This document shows, piece by piece, positions 14,001 to 26,178 of a stretch of DNA of 64,000 bases. Both the position numbers and the translations under genes were made by a program. Source of the stretch: Octopus sinensis (lineage: Eukaryota); the NCBI RefSeq assembly GCF_006345805.1, contig NC_042999.1, positions 172,980,001-173,044,000 on the forward strand. The letters are read 5' to 3'. A model generated the notes under the pieces. It did no database searches. It was not told where the DNA came from and saw only the letters and a list, made by a program, of their open reading frames with translations. The first letter of the stretch is position 1, and each line of letters opens with the position of its first letter.

Positions 14001-16244
14001 AGGTCTGAAGTAGCCCTTGCACTGAAGAAATACGTCATGCCTATATATGTTCGTATCGCTATGCTCGTCATTCCTCTTCTCCACTGTTAAACACACCTTT
14101 ACTTCAGTATCATCTAAAATCTCAAACTCTTCCTCTTTTCTCTTATACACTCTGACCATCCGATTTCAAATTGAAACACTGCTCAACACACGTACCCGCA
14201 CGCGCGCATACACACACATGCACACTTATACACATACACACAGACTCATACCCGCATTCATCTCCAGAGTCTGTAAATATCACTCTCAGTCATTCTTTAT
14301 TTATCAAATAATTAGACTGTCTCCTGTCTCTTTCTGTCGTTAGCAAATACTAATAGCAATATTACGTAGAGACATAGGCACACTTATAAGAATGTAAAAT
14401 TTCCTCTTGCCTGGCTATTTTGTGAATTGCTTGGAACAACAGTAATGATATCGTGGATTGGCCCCACTACATCTAAAATCACCCAAGACAAGCTTTATGT
14501 CACAACGACGCCCTCTATCATTTTATTCCAAATAAAGGGCGCCAAGACAAGCAAAGCAAAGAAATTGCACTCATATATGGTACATGTTCTTAACTGATTC
14601 TGCTCGTACCAACATTTAGAGCGTGCGTAAATGTTACAATAATGAAAATAACGAACTAATAGCTGTGTACTCTGTTACAATAATACATTGATATTTGCGC
14701 AATTGATCCTAATATAAAATATTTTCTTCTTGCGTTAATAAACTCATCATATACCAATAAAAGCCATTACGAATTCTTCTTACTTTAAAATAAATGTTGC
14801 AATATGATGACAAATAGTAGATAGTGAATTTGATTTCACTGAATGCAATAATTTTGTACTACAATTCTAGAATCTGAGAACCTTCAACCAACTTTAAAAT
14901 ACCTGTTGTAAATAAGGTGAGAACGGATCTCCGTATTTATGCGAGATCCTTTACATCGTCAGTTCTAATTTTGAAAAGGTTAATTTTCTTTTTTGTTCGT
15001 CTGGTCAATAATATAGTACTTGTCCATGTACTTGAGCCGCTTTCACTAATTATATTTCTTTTATACAAATTACTTGAATCTAAGAAAACTTGATTTTCTC
15101 CTCTAATGGCAGTGAGTTGTCAGATATTGCGGATCATTACATTCAATGAATAAGAGATTTAAGTTAGCTCCACTACTTTCTGCTCACTTTAAAGGTCGAT
15201 ATTGCTTTTCATCTCAGTGAGAAGGAGAAAATAAGTATTAATAAGTTGCTGTGGTTCGTTTATTCAAAGGTAGCAATCCACTGCAAAATTTAACTTTCTT
15301 TATATCAAAAGTAATCACTATAGTTACACGCTTGTAAGGAGCGAGAAGTAAGATATCCATTAGTCGATAACTTAACGCGATAAAGATTCTCAGTTGAAGC
15401 CAATTCAGTTACAATTCTTTATTTAATATCTGGAAAATACTTCAGTATTTAATCATACTTATGGAACATTTCACAAATGTTGTTCTCTTTTTCTTTATTC
15501 CAAGGAAACCCCAATAGTTAATGTCTTCATAAACTAAATTCTACGTTGAAGCACCATTACAAAGCGTTGCTTGCTGATAATTTCGGTCATTCACACTGAG
15601 TTTCGTGATACGGGTATTCGCGACATGTATGTTGACGGTGCCGCATACACAATCAAATATACCTATCGATATTTTAAAATTATCACACGCGAATGGCCCG
15701 CCGGTAATGACGCATTTCTCAGATTTTTTTAAATTTCTCTCTTACTTGAAAAGGCGCCTACTTCCCGAAAATTAATGGGATCATTTAACAACTTAGTAAG
15801 GCAGTTCTCTCAATTTTCCCTTATTAACGTCACCTTAGATATTTGTCTTAACTTCTTACTCACATTGCTCAAGAGTTCTTCCAAACGTATCGAATTAAAA
15901 ATTAAGTATATTGCTAACAGCATGTGGCACTCTGTAGCACATGCAAGCTACTGTATCAAGCCTATCAAATTACCTTCCTGAACCGAATAAATTTTGAATG
16001 GGAATAGAGCAAAAAATAAAGCATTTATTATCATTCCATTTCCTCTACATTTATTATAATTCTAGAACTAAAATACTGAAATAGCAAGTTTTACTAAAGT
16101 AAAATTCCAATTCCATATATCAGAAAATATGGAAAAATTATTTGATAAATATTTGACAGTAACATACGCTACAATCTATAAATAAACAGGTAGTGCCTGT
16201 TTATTTACTTTAGGGGTTTTAATCATAAAGAAGTATCATAGGTA

Positions 16245-16790
16245 GTCGAGGAGCATGATGACACACTAAATCTACAGAACGATTTGAATGCAATATTTAA
16301 ATGGGTTAATGAAAATAACATGCAGCACGATGTCGAAAAGGTTCAACCACCCCATTATCGGCCCACAAACAACTTACAATCGGAATGTATACGACCAGTA
16401 GACGAGCAATCCCAAAGCCGTGGCGTGATCTAAGAACCTACATGAGCAATAATGCAACATTTTGTGTATATTTCCAAGATGGCAACACTGCAGGAGAGTA
16501 GCTACATGGATACTGTGATTATTCAGAATCAGGTAAAATGACTTCATGCTACTTCTATGAATAACTTTCTTACTTAGTCAAGAGGATTACTGTTCCCATC
16601 TGGGGTCACCGCAGAACGGCTAACGGATGGCGGAATTCAAGGTAATCCAATGCTTCTACACTAAGATTCAACCAGTGCAAAGGATGATCAACTTGGAGAG
16701 GTTAAAGGAATTGAAGCTATACCCCTAAAGAGAAGACGTGGAAGATATGCAGTTAAATACACTTGGAGATTCTGAAAAGATGAGCTCCCA
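16245..16790 (+). mobile_element. CR1/L2-like LINE reverse-transcriptase remnant
   Basis: Fragments DDTLNLQNDLNAIFKWVNENNMQ, DYCSHLGSP, ERLKELKLY and RRRGRYAVKYTWR, typical of the CR1/L2 RT C-terminus; interrupted by stops and frameshifts. Confidence 0.65.
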
Positions 16791-17097
16791 AATTTGATAG
16801 TGAAAGCTATACTAACCACTGAATTGCACGGCACTGCACGGTATCAAATCTCCTCTATTCACCATGAAGTATAAGACCCCAGTACTGCAACAGCTTGGGT
16901 TTCAATGGTCCACAACTATTCAACATTCTGCCAAACAGTTATTTGCAAGGCGTAGACGTGGAGGTTTTTGGCAAAAAAACAGGGCAATTTTTCATCTCAG
17001 ATACCAGATAAGTCTCATCAGGGCAGGAGAGAGAAGAAACCGATAGAATAAGTACTGAGTTCGACAATATGAGTAATTCCATCCAATTCTCTACATC

Positions 17098-17124
<27 letters not shown>

Positions 17125-17128
<4 letters not shown>

Positions 17129-17295
17129 TATAACGGGAAGCTTTATGAAAATAGACAAAAGACGAAGGCAGGTGGAAAACAAACGAACAATTGTATTACT
17201 ATGGCGCTCAGGAAATATAAATAAAACAAGTCTTTAACGTTTCGAGCCTACGCTCTTCAACAGAAAGATACACAGAGAGAAAAAAACACAGAAAG
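17125..17295 (-). mobile_element. Penelope-like pseudo-LTR containing a minimal hammerhead motif
   Basis: Shares aaacgaacaattgtatt..gcgctcaggaa..tttcgagcctacgctcttc with the copies at 18035-18130 and 37200-37365; embedded in TA microsatellite. Confidence 0.65.
17231..17268 (-). ncRNA. Minimal type I hammerhead-like motif (variant core)
   Basis: Minus strand reads TCTTT-CTGTTGA-A-GAGC(GTAG)GCTC-GAA-ACGT-T-AAAGA: stem I 5 bp, stem II 4 bp, palindromic stem III. The core has U at position 6 and an extra A. Confidence 0.55.
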
Positions 17296-17455
17296 AAGGA
17301 GAGACGTATATACATGTGTGTGTGTGTGTGGTGTATGTATATATAAGTTTGAGTGTATATATATGTATGCATATATATACATATATGTGCAAATATATAC
17401 ATATATATACATACATACATATATACATACATGCATACATACATACATATATATA

Positions 17456-17516
<61 letters not shown>

Positions 17517-17517
<1 letters not shown>

Positions 17518-17669
17518 GTTAGACTAATAGATCTGTTTGATGTTTACACATCCGTCTTCGTCTTTTGCTTTTTGTAAATTCTCACTAAATATATATATAT
17601 AGTGAGAATTTACAAAAAGCAAAAGACGAAGACGGATGTGTAAACATCAAACATATCTATTAGTCTAAC

Positions 17670-17712
<43 letters not shown>

Positions 17713-17833
17713 CATGTATGTTTACACATCCGTCTTCGTCTTTTGCTTTTTGTAAATTCTCACTATATATATATATATATATATATAGTGAGAATTTACA
17801 AAAAGCAAAAGACGAAGACGGATGTGTAAACAT
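17517..17833. repeat. Two adjacent palindromes built from four alternating copies of a PLE pLTR segment
   Basis: Arms 17517-17587 / 17600-17670 (71 bp, 1 mismatch) and 17718-17763 / 17788-17833 (46 bp, perfect, around (TA)12). Confidence 0.9.
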
Positions 17834-17841
17834 CAAACAGA

Positions 17842-18034
17842 TCTTGTATTGTTACGTGGTTACATTTTTGGGAATTTGCAATCGATTTAAATTAAATCTA
17901 ATACATTATTTATATTTACTTCAACGAGTAAATGAAATTATATAAATGAGTTGGTTCTAGCCTAGTTTGTTATCGCTATTTATAGCATGCAAAGCGGCGA
18001 GCTGGCAATAATCGTTAGCATGCTGGACAACGCT
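17842..18034 (+). repeat. Local duplicate of 19225-19424 inserted in a PLE pLTR
   Basis: Runs from tcttgtattgttacgtggttacat to cgttagcatgctg(g/a)acaacgct in both places, with scattered substitutions and one 7-bp indel. Confidence 0.9.
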
Positions 18035-19384
18035 CGGGAAGTGAGAAAGTCTTTTACGCTCTTCTACAGAGAGGAACACAGAAATAAACAGGGAGATGAA
18101 ATAGAAAAAGGTTTAGTGGTTACTGATCTATCATGGCGAATGCCGGACATACATGCATATACGGGTTCACGACGTCACCAACGGTGAAAATAACATGAAA
18201 TAGTGGTATGAAATCATACCTTTTGTTGTTGCTAATGTGCAGCTCACAAATCAGCTTTGTTGGAAAAAATCTAAAGAAGCTAAATTCATACCACTGTTTC
18301 CCTTTTATTTTCAGATATAACGCATCCCGGTTTACAATAAACTATTAAAAAAAACTTAGAGTACTGTTTTTGCGAGATTTTGTGGTTACTTTTAGTAATT
18401 CGAGCAACGATTTTACTCTCGACACTTGAATATAAACATTACATCCTTTTGATCTTTTTATTATATTTATAACAAACATCATCTATCTATATAAAGAAAA
18501 TATAGTGATTCATTATAAATAAATATCTTGCACACGTTACGAACAGAAAAGTATAGAGAAATCAGACGCAGCTTCCTCAACGTTCTCCAAAGTCTCTATC
18601 GATACGTATTGCTGAAAGAAAAAAAGAAATAAACTAATTAATATCATAGAACCTGCTAACCATATAAGATACAAAAGAAAGATCTTAGAAAATTAAATGA
18701 TAGAAGTCTGCGACAATTCTTGTACTAAAATATCTTCCCGCTAACCATTTGGCACTCAAAAGAGAAATCTTATGAAATGAAATGAGGTACATGTACGCCA
18801 AACTTTAAAAATATATTTGAAAAAATTTATATTATGTGATTGTAATAGAAACCTGAAAGAAGCAGACTATACGTAAGGTATTATTTCCGATTGATTAAGC
18901 AGCAATGTAGTTTACTTATTTATCTAAATACGATTCTGTGAGATAATCCTACAAGAAACAGAACTGCCAGAAGATCTTTAACAATCTAAAGAGAAAATAA
19001 CACACAAGGTAATGAATTACTGTGAAGATATAAAAATGAATTACTGTGAAGATATTAAGATATAAAAAAACGAGGCATATGTGTACTTTTAATGTATTAT
19101 GTAACAATAACGCATAAAAAAGATTTGCTTCTTAGTGCACTAAAACTATATTTTCCAAAAACTTGTTTTAATTTCTACAATGTTTACATATTATACAAAA
19201 TACAATTTTAGTGTTTCATGCATTTCTTGTATTGTTACGTGGTTACATGATTTGGAAACGGGAATTTGCAATCGATTTAAATTAATTCTGATACATTGTT
19301 TATATTTACTTCAACGAGTAAATGAAATTACATAAATGAGTTGGTTCTAGCCTAGTTTGTTATCGCTATTTATAGCATGCAAAA

Positions 19385-19600
19385 CGGCGAGCTGACAATA
19401 ATCGTTAGCATGCTGAACAACGCTTAGTGGCATTTTGCCTATTTCTACGTTGAGTTCAAATCCAGTGGAGGTCGGCATCACCTTTCATCCTCTCGGGATA
19501 GATATGTTAATTACCTGTTATGTGCTGAGATCAATGTAATCGACTAGCATTCTTCCCCAATTTTCTGTTCTTATCCCTGTTGGTAGGAGGATTGTTTGTA
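19385..19600 (+). mobile_element. SINE, diverged (ggcgagctggcagaa... family)
   Basis: Head ggcgagctgacaataatcgttagc, B-box-like gagttcaaatcc, core cctttcatcc..gatcaatgtaatcgact; same family as 60066-60277. Confidence 0.7.
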
Positions 19601-20494
19601 GCATGGTTTTTAAGGCTTAATGTCGGACGAGGATTTTTTTTATACATATGTTAATTAACGACCACTTTAATACTGCGTGACATGCAGGGATTTTAATGCA
19701 AGCTAATAATCAGGTGTACTACCCAAATTTGGATTTCGTTAACTGTGCGTGAATGTGAGAATTGATAGTAATGCAAACTGTCATCGGGACATTGAATACA
19801 TTCTATAAACTATTGAACATAGGGTTGTAATGTTTCATCTTTGTGATATAATGATACGATTTTTAAGTAATAGTTCACCACGTTCTGACTTAAATTCGTT
19901 CCAGGTTCGTCTTACATTGTGTGTCTGTCAAGAATTAATATTATAATCATAATTTAGTGTTTGAATTGCATAATTGATGGTGGTTGTCTTTTGATTAAAT
20001 TCGTTTCAGTAAACTATTACGTTTTATAGATGTGACCATGCATACTTCAACATGAAATTACGGCTTTGTATATGTGGCCGTGGATAAGAGTAATCGTTGA
20101 ACAACGGACCAGTAAGTCTGAAATATGTAGTTAAATCCATGTCAGATTTGATTTAGAATTTTATCATTCTGTGGGTGGATAGAAAAAGTACTGTGATGCA
20201 ATCAAGCACATAACTGTGTCACTCCTCTCCCTCATGTTGTGCTTTTGTACATGTGTTTTATTTACATTATTGTCATCGTTGATAACATATACAGAAAGCC
20301 ACAAAATTATGGGAGGAAATGTGTATGCGATTACATTAGAGCCCATGCTAGAGTGGTATTTTATTTTATCCTGCCAGGACGGAGAAAAGTCGTAATATTT
20401 CGGAGGTGTTTCAATACAGCAACTTTTCGCACGTGGTCAAATATAGCGAGGCATTTTATCCAATTCTCTAACAATTTTGTCAATACCTTTCCAA

Positions 20495-20711
20495 TATTTT
20501 TTATATCTTAGGCACAAGGCCCGAAATTTTTGTGAAAGGGGCCAGTCGATTAGATCGACTCCACTACGCAACTGGTACTTAATTTATCGACCGCAAAGGA
20601 ATGAAAGGCAAAGTCTACCTCGGCAGAATTTAAACTCAGAACGTAAAGACAGACGAAATAACGCTAAGCATTTCGCCCGGCGAGCTAACGTTTCTGCCAG
20701 CTCACCGCCTT
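20495..20711 (-). mobile_element. SINE (ggcgagctggcagaa... family)
   Basis: Near reverse complement of 60066-60277. Confidence 0.85.
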
Positions 20712-21586
20712 AAGCGTTTCCAATATTATCAATATAAATACTTCTTTCTAACTTCGGTACATGGCTATCAATTTTTGAGGGGGTGGGATAGTCGAATGAA
20801 AGGTTACGACTATTTTTTAACACTTTATGACCATTTTTCAACTCCTGACACTGTTTCAACTGCAAATGATGTTCTTGTGGAGGTTTGTCATATGTAACTT
20901 CTGATTGAATAGACGTATTATAAACTCAATTCCAGAAATGATAATGCCATCCTTCATTCATATATGTTCTTCTCAGGACTATATTAACCGATGTGCCTGT
21001 ATGTATTTTAAGACCAGAGAGGGCACTTGAAGATTTGCCTGTTAATTTCACCAAAATGAGCATTTGACACGTAACTTTCGTATTATGTCAATTATACACT
21101 TCTTCAAAATATTCTTAATTTCTGAAGTCTTATGATGTAATATGGTTACATTTCAATGAAAATGTAAAAATAAGGCAGCGTATATCGAGCTAACTCCTAA
21201 ATTTTATAGATAAAGTTTTTCAAAAAAGTTAAAAAAGCTAACGTTTGTCAGCGAGTGAATAAATTTTCTTTTTTTAAATGATATACTGTATGAGGAAAAT
21301 TTGACAAAATGATTGAGAAAATACTTATTGGATGAAAGTAATTGGCAAGGCAGAATGTATGCGTTCGGATGCGATTGTGAACACAATTCCCATTGACAAA
21401 TTGAATTGATATGTATTTTAACATGAATACCTCAGCAAATTTGTACAAAAGTTATATTCCATTTCACTCGGGCGCTGAATTTGATCATTTCAGATATGTT
21501 TCTATCTCAGACTTTCTCAGAAACTTTCTCTCTCTTTGACTCGCTTTCTATTCTATCTCCTCTTCCTCCTCCTCCTCCTTCTCCTT

Positions 21587-21621
<35 letters not shown>

Positions 21622-22197
21622 AATAGTTACATGTCCTTCATGTATGAATGTATCAAAATGTCATCTACTTGTCAATCTGTCGAACCGTCTATTCACTTAC
21701 ATTTATTATATCTCTTTCAAGTTCCCTTCGTCACTTGGTCTTTCTGAACATATGTAACTGTGCACACACACACACACACACATATTTACGTGGGGTGGGA
21801 GGTGTATATCGATGCATTTGTCTGCACATGACATCCTCCGTAAAAGGGAAGAAAGCCATTCAATATTTTTATGATCAAAGGAACGGATCAACATTTCATT
21901 TTTACTCTACTTCCACCAAATAGGTAAAACAGGTTCCACAGCATTCTGCCACGAGTAAAATACTGACATGTCATTCCACTCTTAGATACAACACCTGCTA
22001 ATGCTGTTTCCCCCCCATCTCTCTCTCACTTTCTCCCCCTCTCTCTCTCTCTGTCATTTTTGATCTGCTCCTTACACATTTCACTGACAAAATTTTCAAT
22101 TTACCCAATAAGATCTATGATCAAATATATGTTCCACAAATATTATTTACATTTTCTCTCCTATATTTCATCTATATTTCTCTTTGTCTCTTTCCCG

Positions 22198-22245
<48 letters not shown>

Positions 22246-22524
22246 ACACACACACACACTCAATAATCACACACATTCCGACACATATGCTCACACTGCA
22301 TAAATGTGGTAGATTTGCAAACCATCAACGTTCAGCCTTACTGAGAAACCTCAAAATTTTAAGACAAAAGCATGTGAAATGATCGAATTAAGGTGAATTT
22401 TCCAACGACAGTCCGACGAGAATAAGTGGGTATTTTTCCAATCCTGTAGACAAATTCCTCATCCAAATTTGCACAATCTGTTTTTCTTCAGTAAATTAAT
22501 AGTTAATAATTAGATAGAAGGAAT

Positions 22525-22720
22525 ACGGCGAACTAACAAAATCGTTACCATTTCGTCCGTCTTTAGGTTCTAAGTTCAAATTCCACCGATGTCTAATTTG
22601 CCTTTCATCCTTTTTGGGTCAATTAAATAATTATATGTTAGAGATTGGTGTCGATGTAATCGACTTGACCCTCACACCACCCACTGGAATTTCTGGCCTT
22701 GTGCTAAAATTGGAAACTTA
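22525..22720 (+). mobile_element. SINE, diverged and internally deleted
   Basis: ggcgaactaac..aagttcaaattcc..tttgcctttcatcc..gtcgatgtaatcgact..ggccttgtgc matches the same family. Confidence 0.7.
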
Positions 22721-23464
22721 TATTAAGAAAGAAGAGGTTCACGAAAGATAACTCCGGCCTAAGATTTCTGAACCGAGAAAAGTGCTGTATAATCTACAAT
22801 TGCCATGTGACCATGTGATGTGGAAAACAACTTTTAAAATTATCTATATTAAGTACTTTCAGCTGTGTTTTGAGGCTCTTCTCCCACTCTTATAATAATA
22901 TCCCTATTTCATCAAATTCTTTGTTAAGTCTGCGCTACTCCATGCACAGCTATCATTTACCCTGACACTGCGTGTTCCTTGCTGCTGTTTCTGCTGACAC
23001 TGCTACCATTCTTAACCGTAAATCAGCCTCGAGTGAACAAACCAAATGCGTTCCGTCTGAGGTCATACCTATATTTTAAAACTGTAAGGTGACACGTGAA
23101 AAAAATTTAGATGATATCTCAGGCATGTCGATCTGCCAGATTCAGTGCCAATACCTTCAAGAAAATTTCCATCGTAAATACTCTTCTCACTTGAAATAAC
23201 ATGTTGATCGGCGTGTTGCAACATCACATGTACAGTTACCATTTTAATTACCAAGTACACTGTTGATATGTCGCGAGAAAAATTATTTGTTCGACCAGAT
23301 GTCAATGAATTAACCATTATATATTACCGAAAAATCGAAATGTTAGACAATATTGTTCGTTCTGTGGTTTTATTATCTCCTACTGTAGTGGATATCTTAA
23401 AACACTCCAGGTTACAGCATCCAATTACGAGCGCAAACGTAAACTGTATTTTCAAATCGAAAAT

Positions 23465-23520
23465 CTCTCATAATAATAATAATAATAATAATAATAATAT
23501 AATAATAATAATAATAGTAA
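23465..23520. repeat. (AAT)n microsatellite
   Basis: Directly visible. Confidence 0.9.
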
Positions 23521-23971
23521 TCACTATCTAGAAGAGCAGAAATTTGAACATGATATTAGTTGATGATATCGACCCCAGTACTCGATGGTTACATTACTTT
23601 ATCGACTGCAGAAAAATGAAAGGCTAACTTTACTTCGGCGTGATATTACAATATAGTATACAGAAACGTAAATAAATACCGCAAGCATTTTGTCTATCAC
23701 TACTGTTTCTGCTGTTTATGTATGAGTCTGTTATAAGATCATGCATTTGCAGCAAGGACAATGCAATGAAATAAAGTCATCCTAGTACTTGTAACCATGA
23801 AGCCTGAATAGATGCAATACGAAGCTGAATACAACGGGATACGATCTCATAACATTAAGCGACAAAACTAAGCATATTTCGGGATGCTGTATAGCACGCC
23901 TCCTCCACTAATAATAATGTTACTGATTCGCTTTAATTCTCGTTAACTCTGTGAATCTGTGAATGCAAGTA

Positions 23972-24005
<34 letters not shown>

Positions 24006-24927
24006 CATGCATGCACAGGTATAGATAAATAGAGATAGATATATATAGAGAGAGAAAGAGAGAGAGAGGGGAGGCAGGCTTTTACCAGAAGATGTATGCA
24101 CATATTGAATGATCATGTTTATTAAATATATTTAATTTTTTAATTTAAAAAGAATCTACAGACAGAAATTTATTTTTTATGAACGATTGTTTTAATTCTG
24201 ATATCCTTTCTCGTGCAAGAACTGCTGATAACGCGCACCAATGGAATTACAAATATCAAGCAATGTTTCAACCTTTCATTCGTTACTTGCGCGCATTCCC
24301 GTTCAATGGCCGCCCTAAATATTCATCGATGTTTGCTGGTTTTGTACCGTAAACATTATCTTTTATATATCCCTATAAAAAATTCAAGCGGTGTGAGGAT
24401 CGGTGAATGCTGCATGTATTCTAAGGAACCTCTTCGACCGATTCCTCAGTTTGGCAAAGTCTCAAAGTGGGCCATTATATTATCAGGCTGGAAATATAAC
24501 TCCACATCTTCATATCATACAAAGGTAGTCTTGAATGCTTGGCATGAGAGATTGTCGTAGAAAGTTTCAATAAATAAGACCAGATACAAACCCATCAAAA
24601 CATAATTGTCCAACTGATGATTAGCCACACAATATTCTAACTTCTGATATATTGACAAGGTATGCCTAGAATACATGCGCCTGTAGGGGAATAATTTAGC
24701 CACTTATTTTAAATTTAGTCTCAACATTGTAAACACTTTTATTTGAAACTGTGCATCTTGTACACATTTACACATTTCGGTCAGGATCATTTTCATTGAG
24801 AGTATGGACTCTACTTGGAATGTAATTCTTCCAATGACAGAACTTTAAAATTGGACGGACGCTTGATTTTTTAAATTCTTGTCGCACGCCTTACTTGCTG
24901 CACATATTCTCTTGTACTCAGACAATG

Positions 24928-25141
24928 TTTCTTATTTCTTTATTGCCCACAAGGGACTAAACATACAGGGGACAAACAAGGACAGAAAAAGGGATTACAT
25001 CGTCCCCAGTGCGTAACTGGTACTTAATTTATCGGCCCCGAAGGGATGAAAGGCGGAATTTGAACTCAGAACGTAACAGCAGACGAAGTACCGCTAAGCA
25101 TTTCGCCCGGCGCGCTAACGTTACTGCCAGCTCGCCACCTT
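24928..25141 (-). mobile_element. SINE (ggcgagctggcagaa... family, different tail)
   Basis: gaatttgaactcagaacgta..cgctaagcatttcgcccggcgcgctaacg..gccagctcgcc matches the 20495-20711 copy. Confidence 0.85.
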
Positions 25142-25448
25142 ATACACTACTTATACACTAAACATTACACAAATACTATTTTTACTACTTTTCTTGCTTT
25201 GCGGGGAACATCTATGTCCGCAGTCTTCTGGAAAGTTTGTTGTGGATAATTGTAAACATTTCCCTTTCTAATTCGAGGGATGGTAAGTCGTGTTGGTGGA
25301 TTTGGTTGAAGTTCCTACCGAAACTCTGCACTTCGATTGCGTTTGCAAACTTCAATGGAACTTTAGGATAAATTCCCTTTGTTCAAAGTTTAGTCATGCT
25401 GCCTTCTAATGCGTTAAATCTAAAAACGAAATAGTCAACAGCTTGTAT

Positions 25449-25625
25449 GAGAGAGAAGAGTAGAGAAGGGGAGAGAGAGGCAGAGAGAGGGAGGAAGAGA
25501 GGGAGGGAGGGAGGGAGGGAGGGAGGGAGGGAGGGAGGGAGGGAGAGAGAGGAAGGAAGAGAGGGAGGGAGAGGAGGGAGTGAGAGAGAGGGAGGGAGAG
25601 AAAGGGAGGGAGACAGAGAGAGACA
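25449..25625 (+). repeat. Polypurine tract including (GGGA)11
   Basis: (GGGA)11 at 25501-25544 inside an almost pure G/A tract. Confidence 0.95.
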
Positions 25626-26089
25626 GAATATATGTGTATTAAGTTGGAAGTACCATAGGACATTAACGACATTTAATATTGCTGTGAAGGCAGCCCTTAT
25701 TACTTTATTTTAGGGACCTTAAAAGAAGGTAATGAATGTGGGAATTTGAACCAAAAATGTTAATAAATATCACAAATTGATTACTTCCCGGTTAAACATG
25801 ATCTAGCAGATTATTATAAAAGGAATGATGTCATCATTGATCGTTGCGCTTCCGTGTGTATAGGTTTCACTGCATTGGCTAAAGTATCTTTCATTTTATT
25901 ATATATATTTTTAAAGGCAGGCTATGGTTTGACAGAGATTTAACTGCTCTTTCTATCTTTGTAACCAATTATTTAACAAAAAAAGCCGAACGGTATAGGG
26001 CGCTAGTCTCAAATGTCTCAACTTATTTTGTTCACTGCTCTATCGATTATGCAACAATAAGTCTATCAATCATAATTATACTACTAGTA

Positions 26090-26135
26090 TTACAACAACA
26101 AGAACAACAACAACAACTACTACTACTACTACTAC

Positions 26136-26175
<40 letters not shown>
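26090..26175. repeat. Compound (CAA/CTA/TAA)n microsatellite
   Basis: Directly visible. Confidence 0.9.
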
Positions 26176-26178
<3 letters not shown>

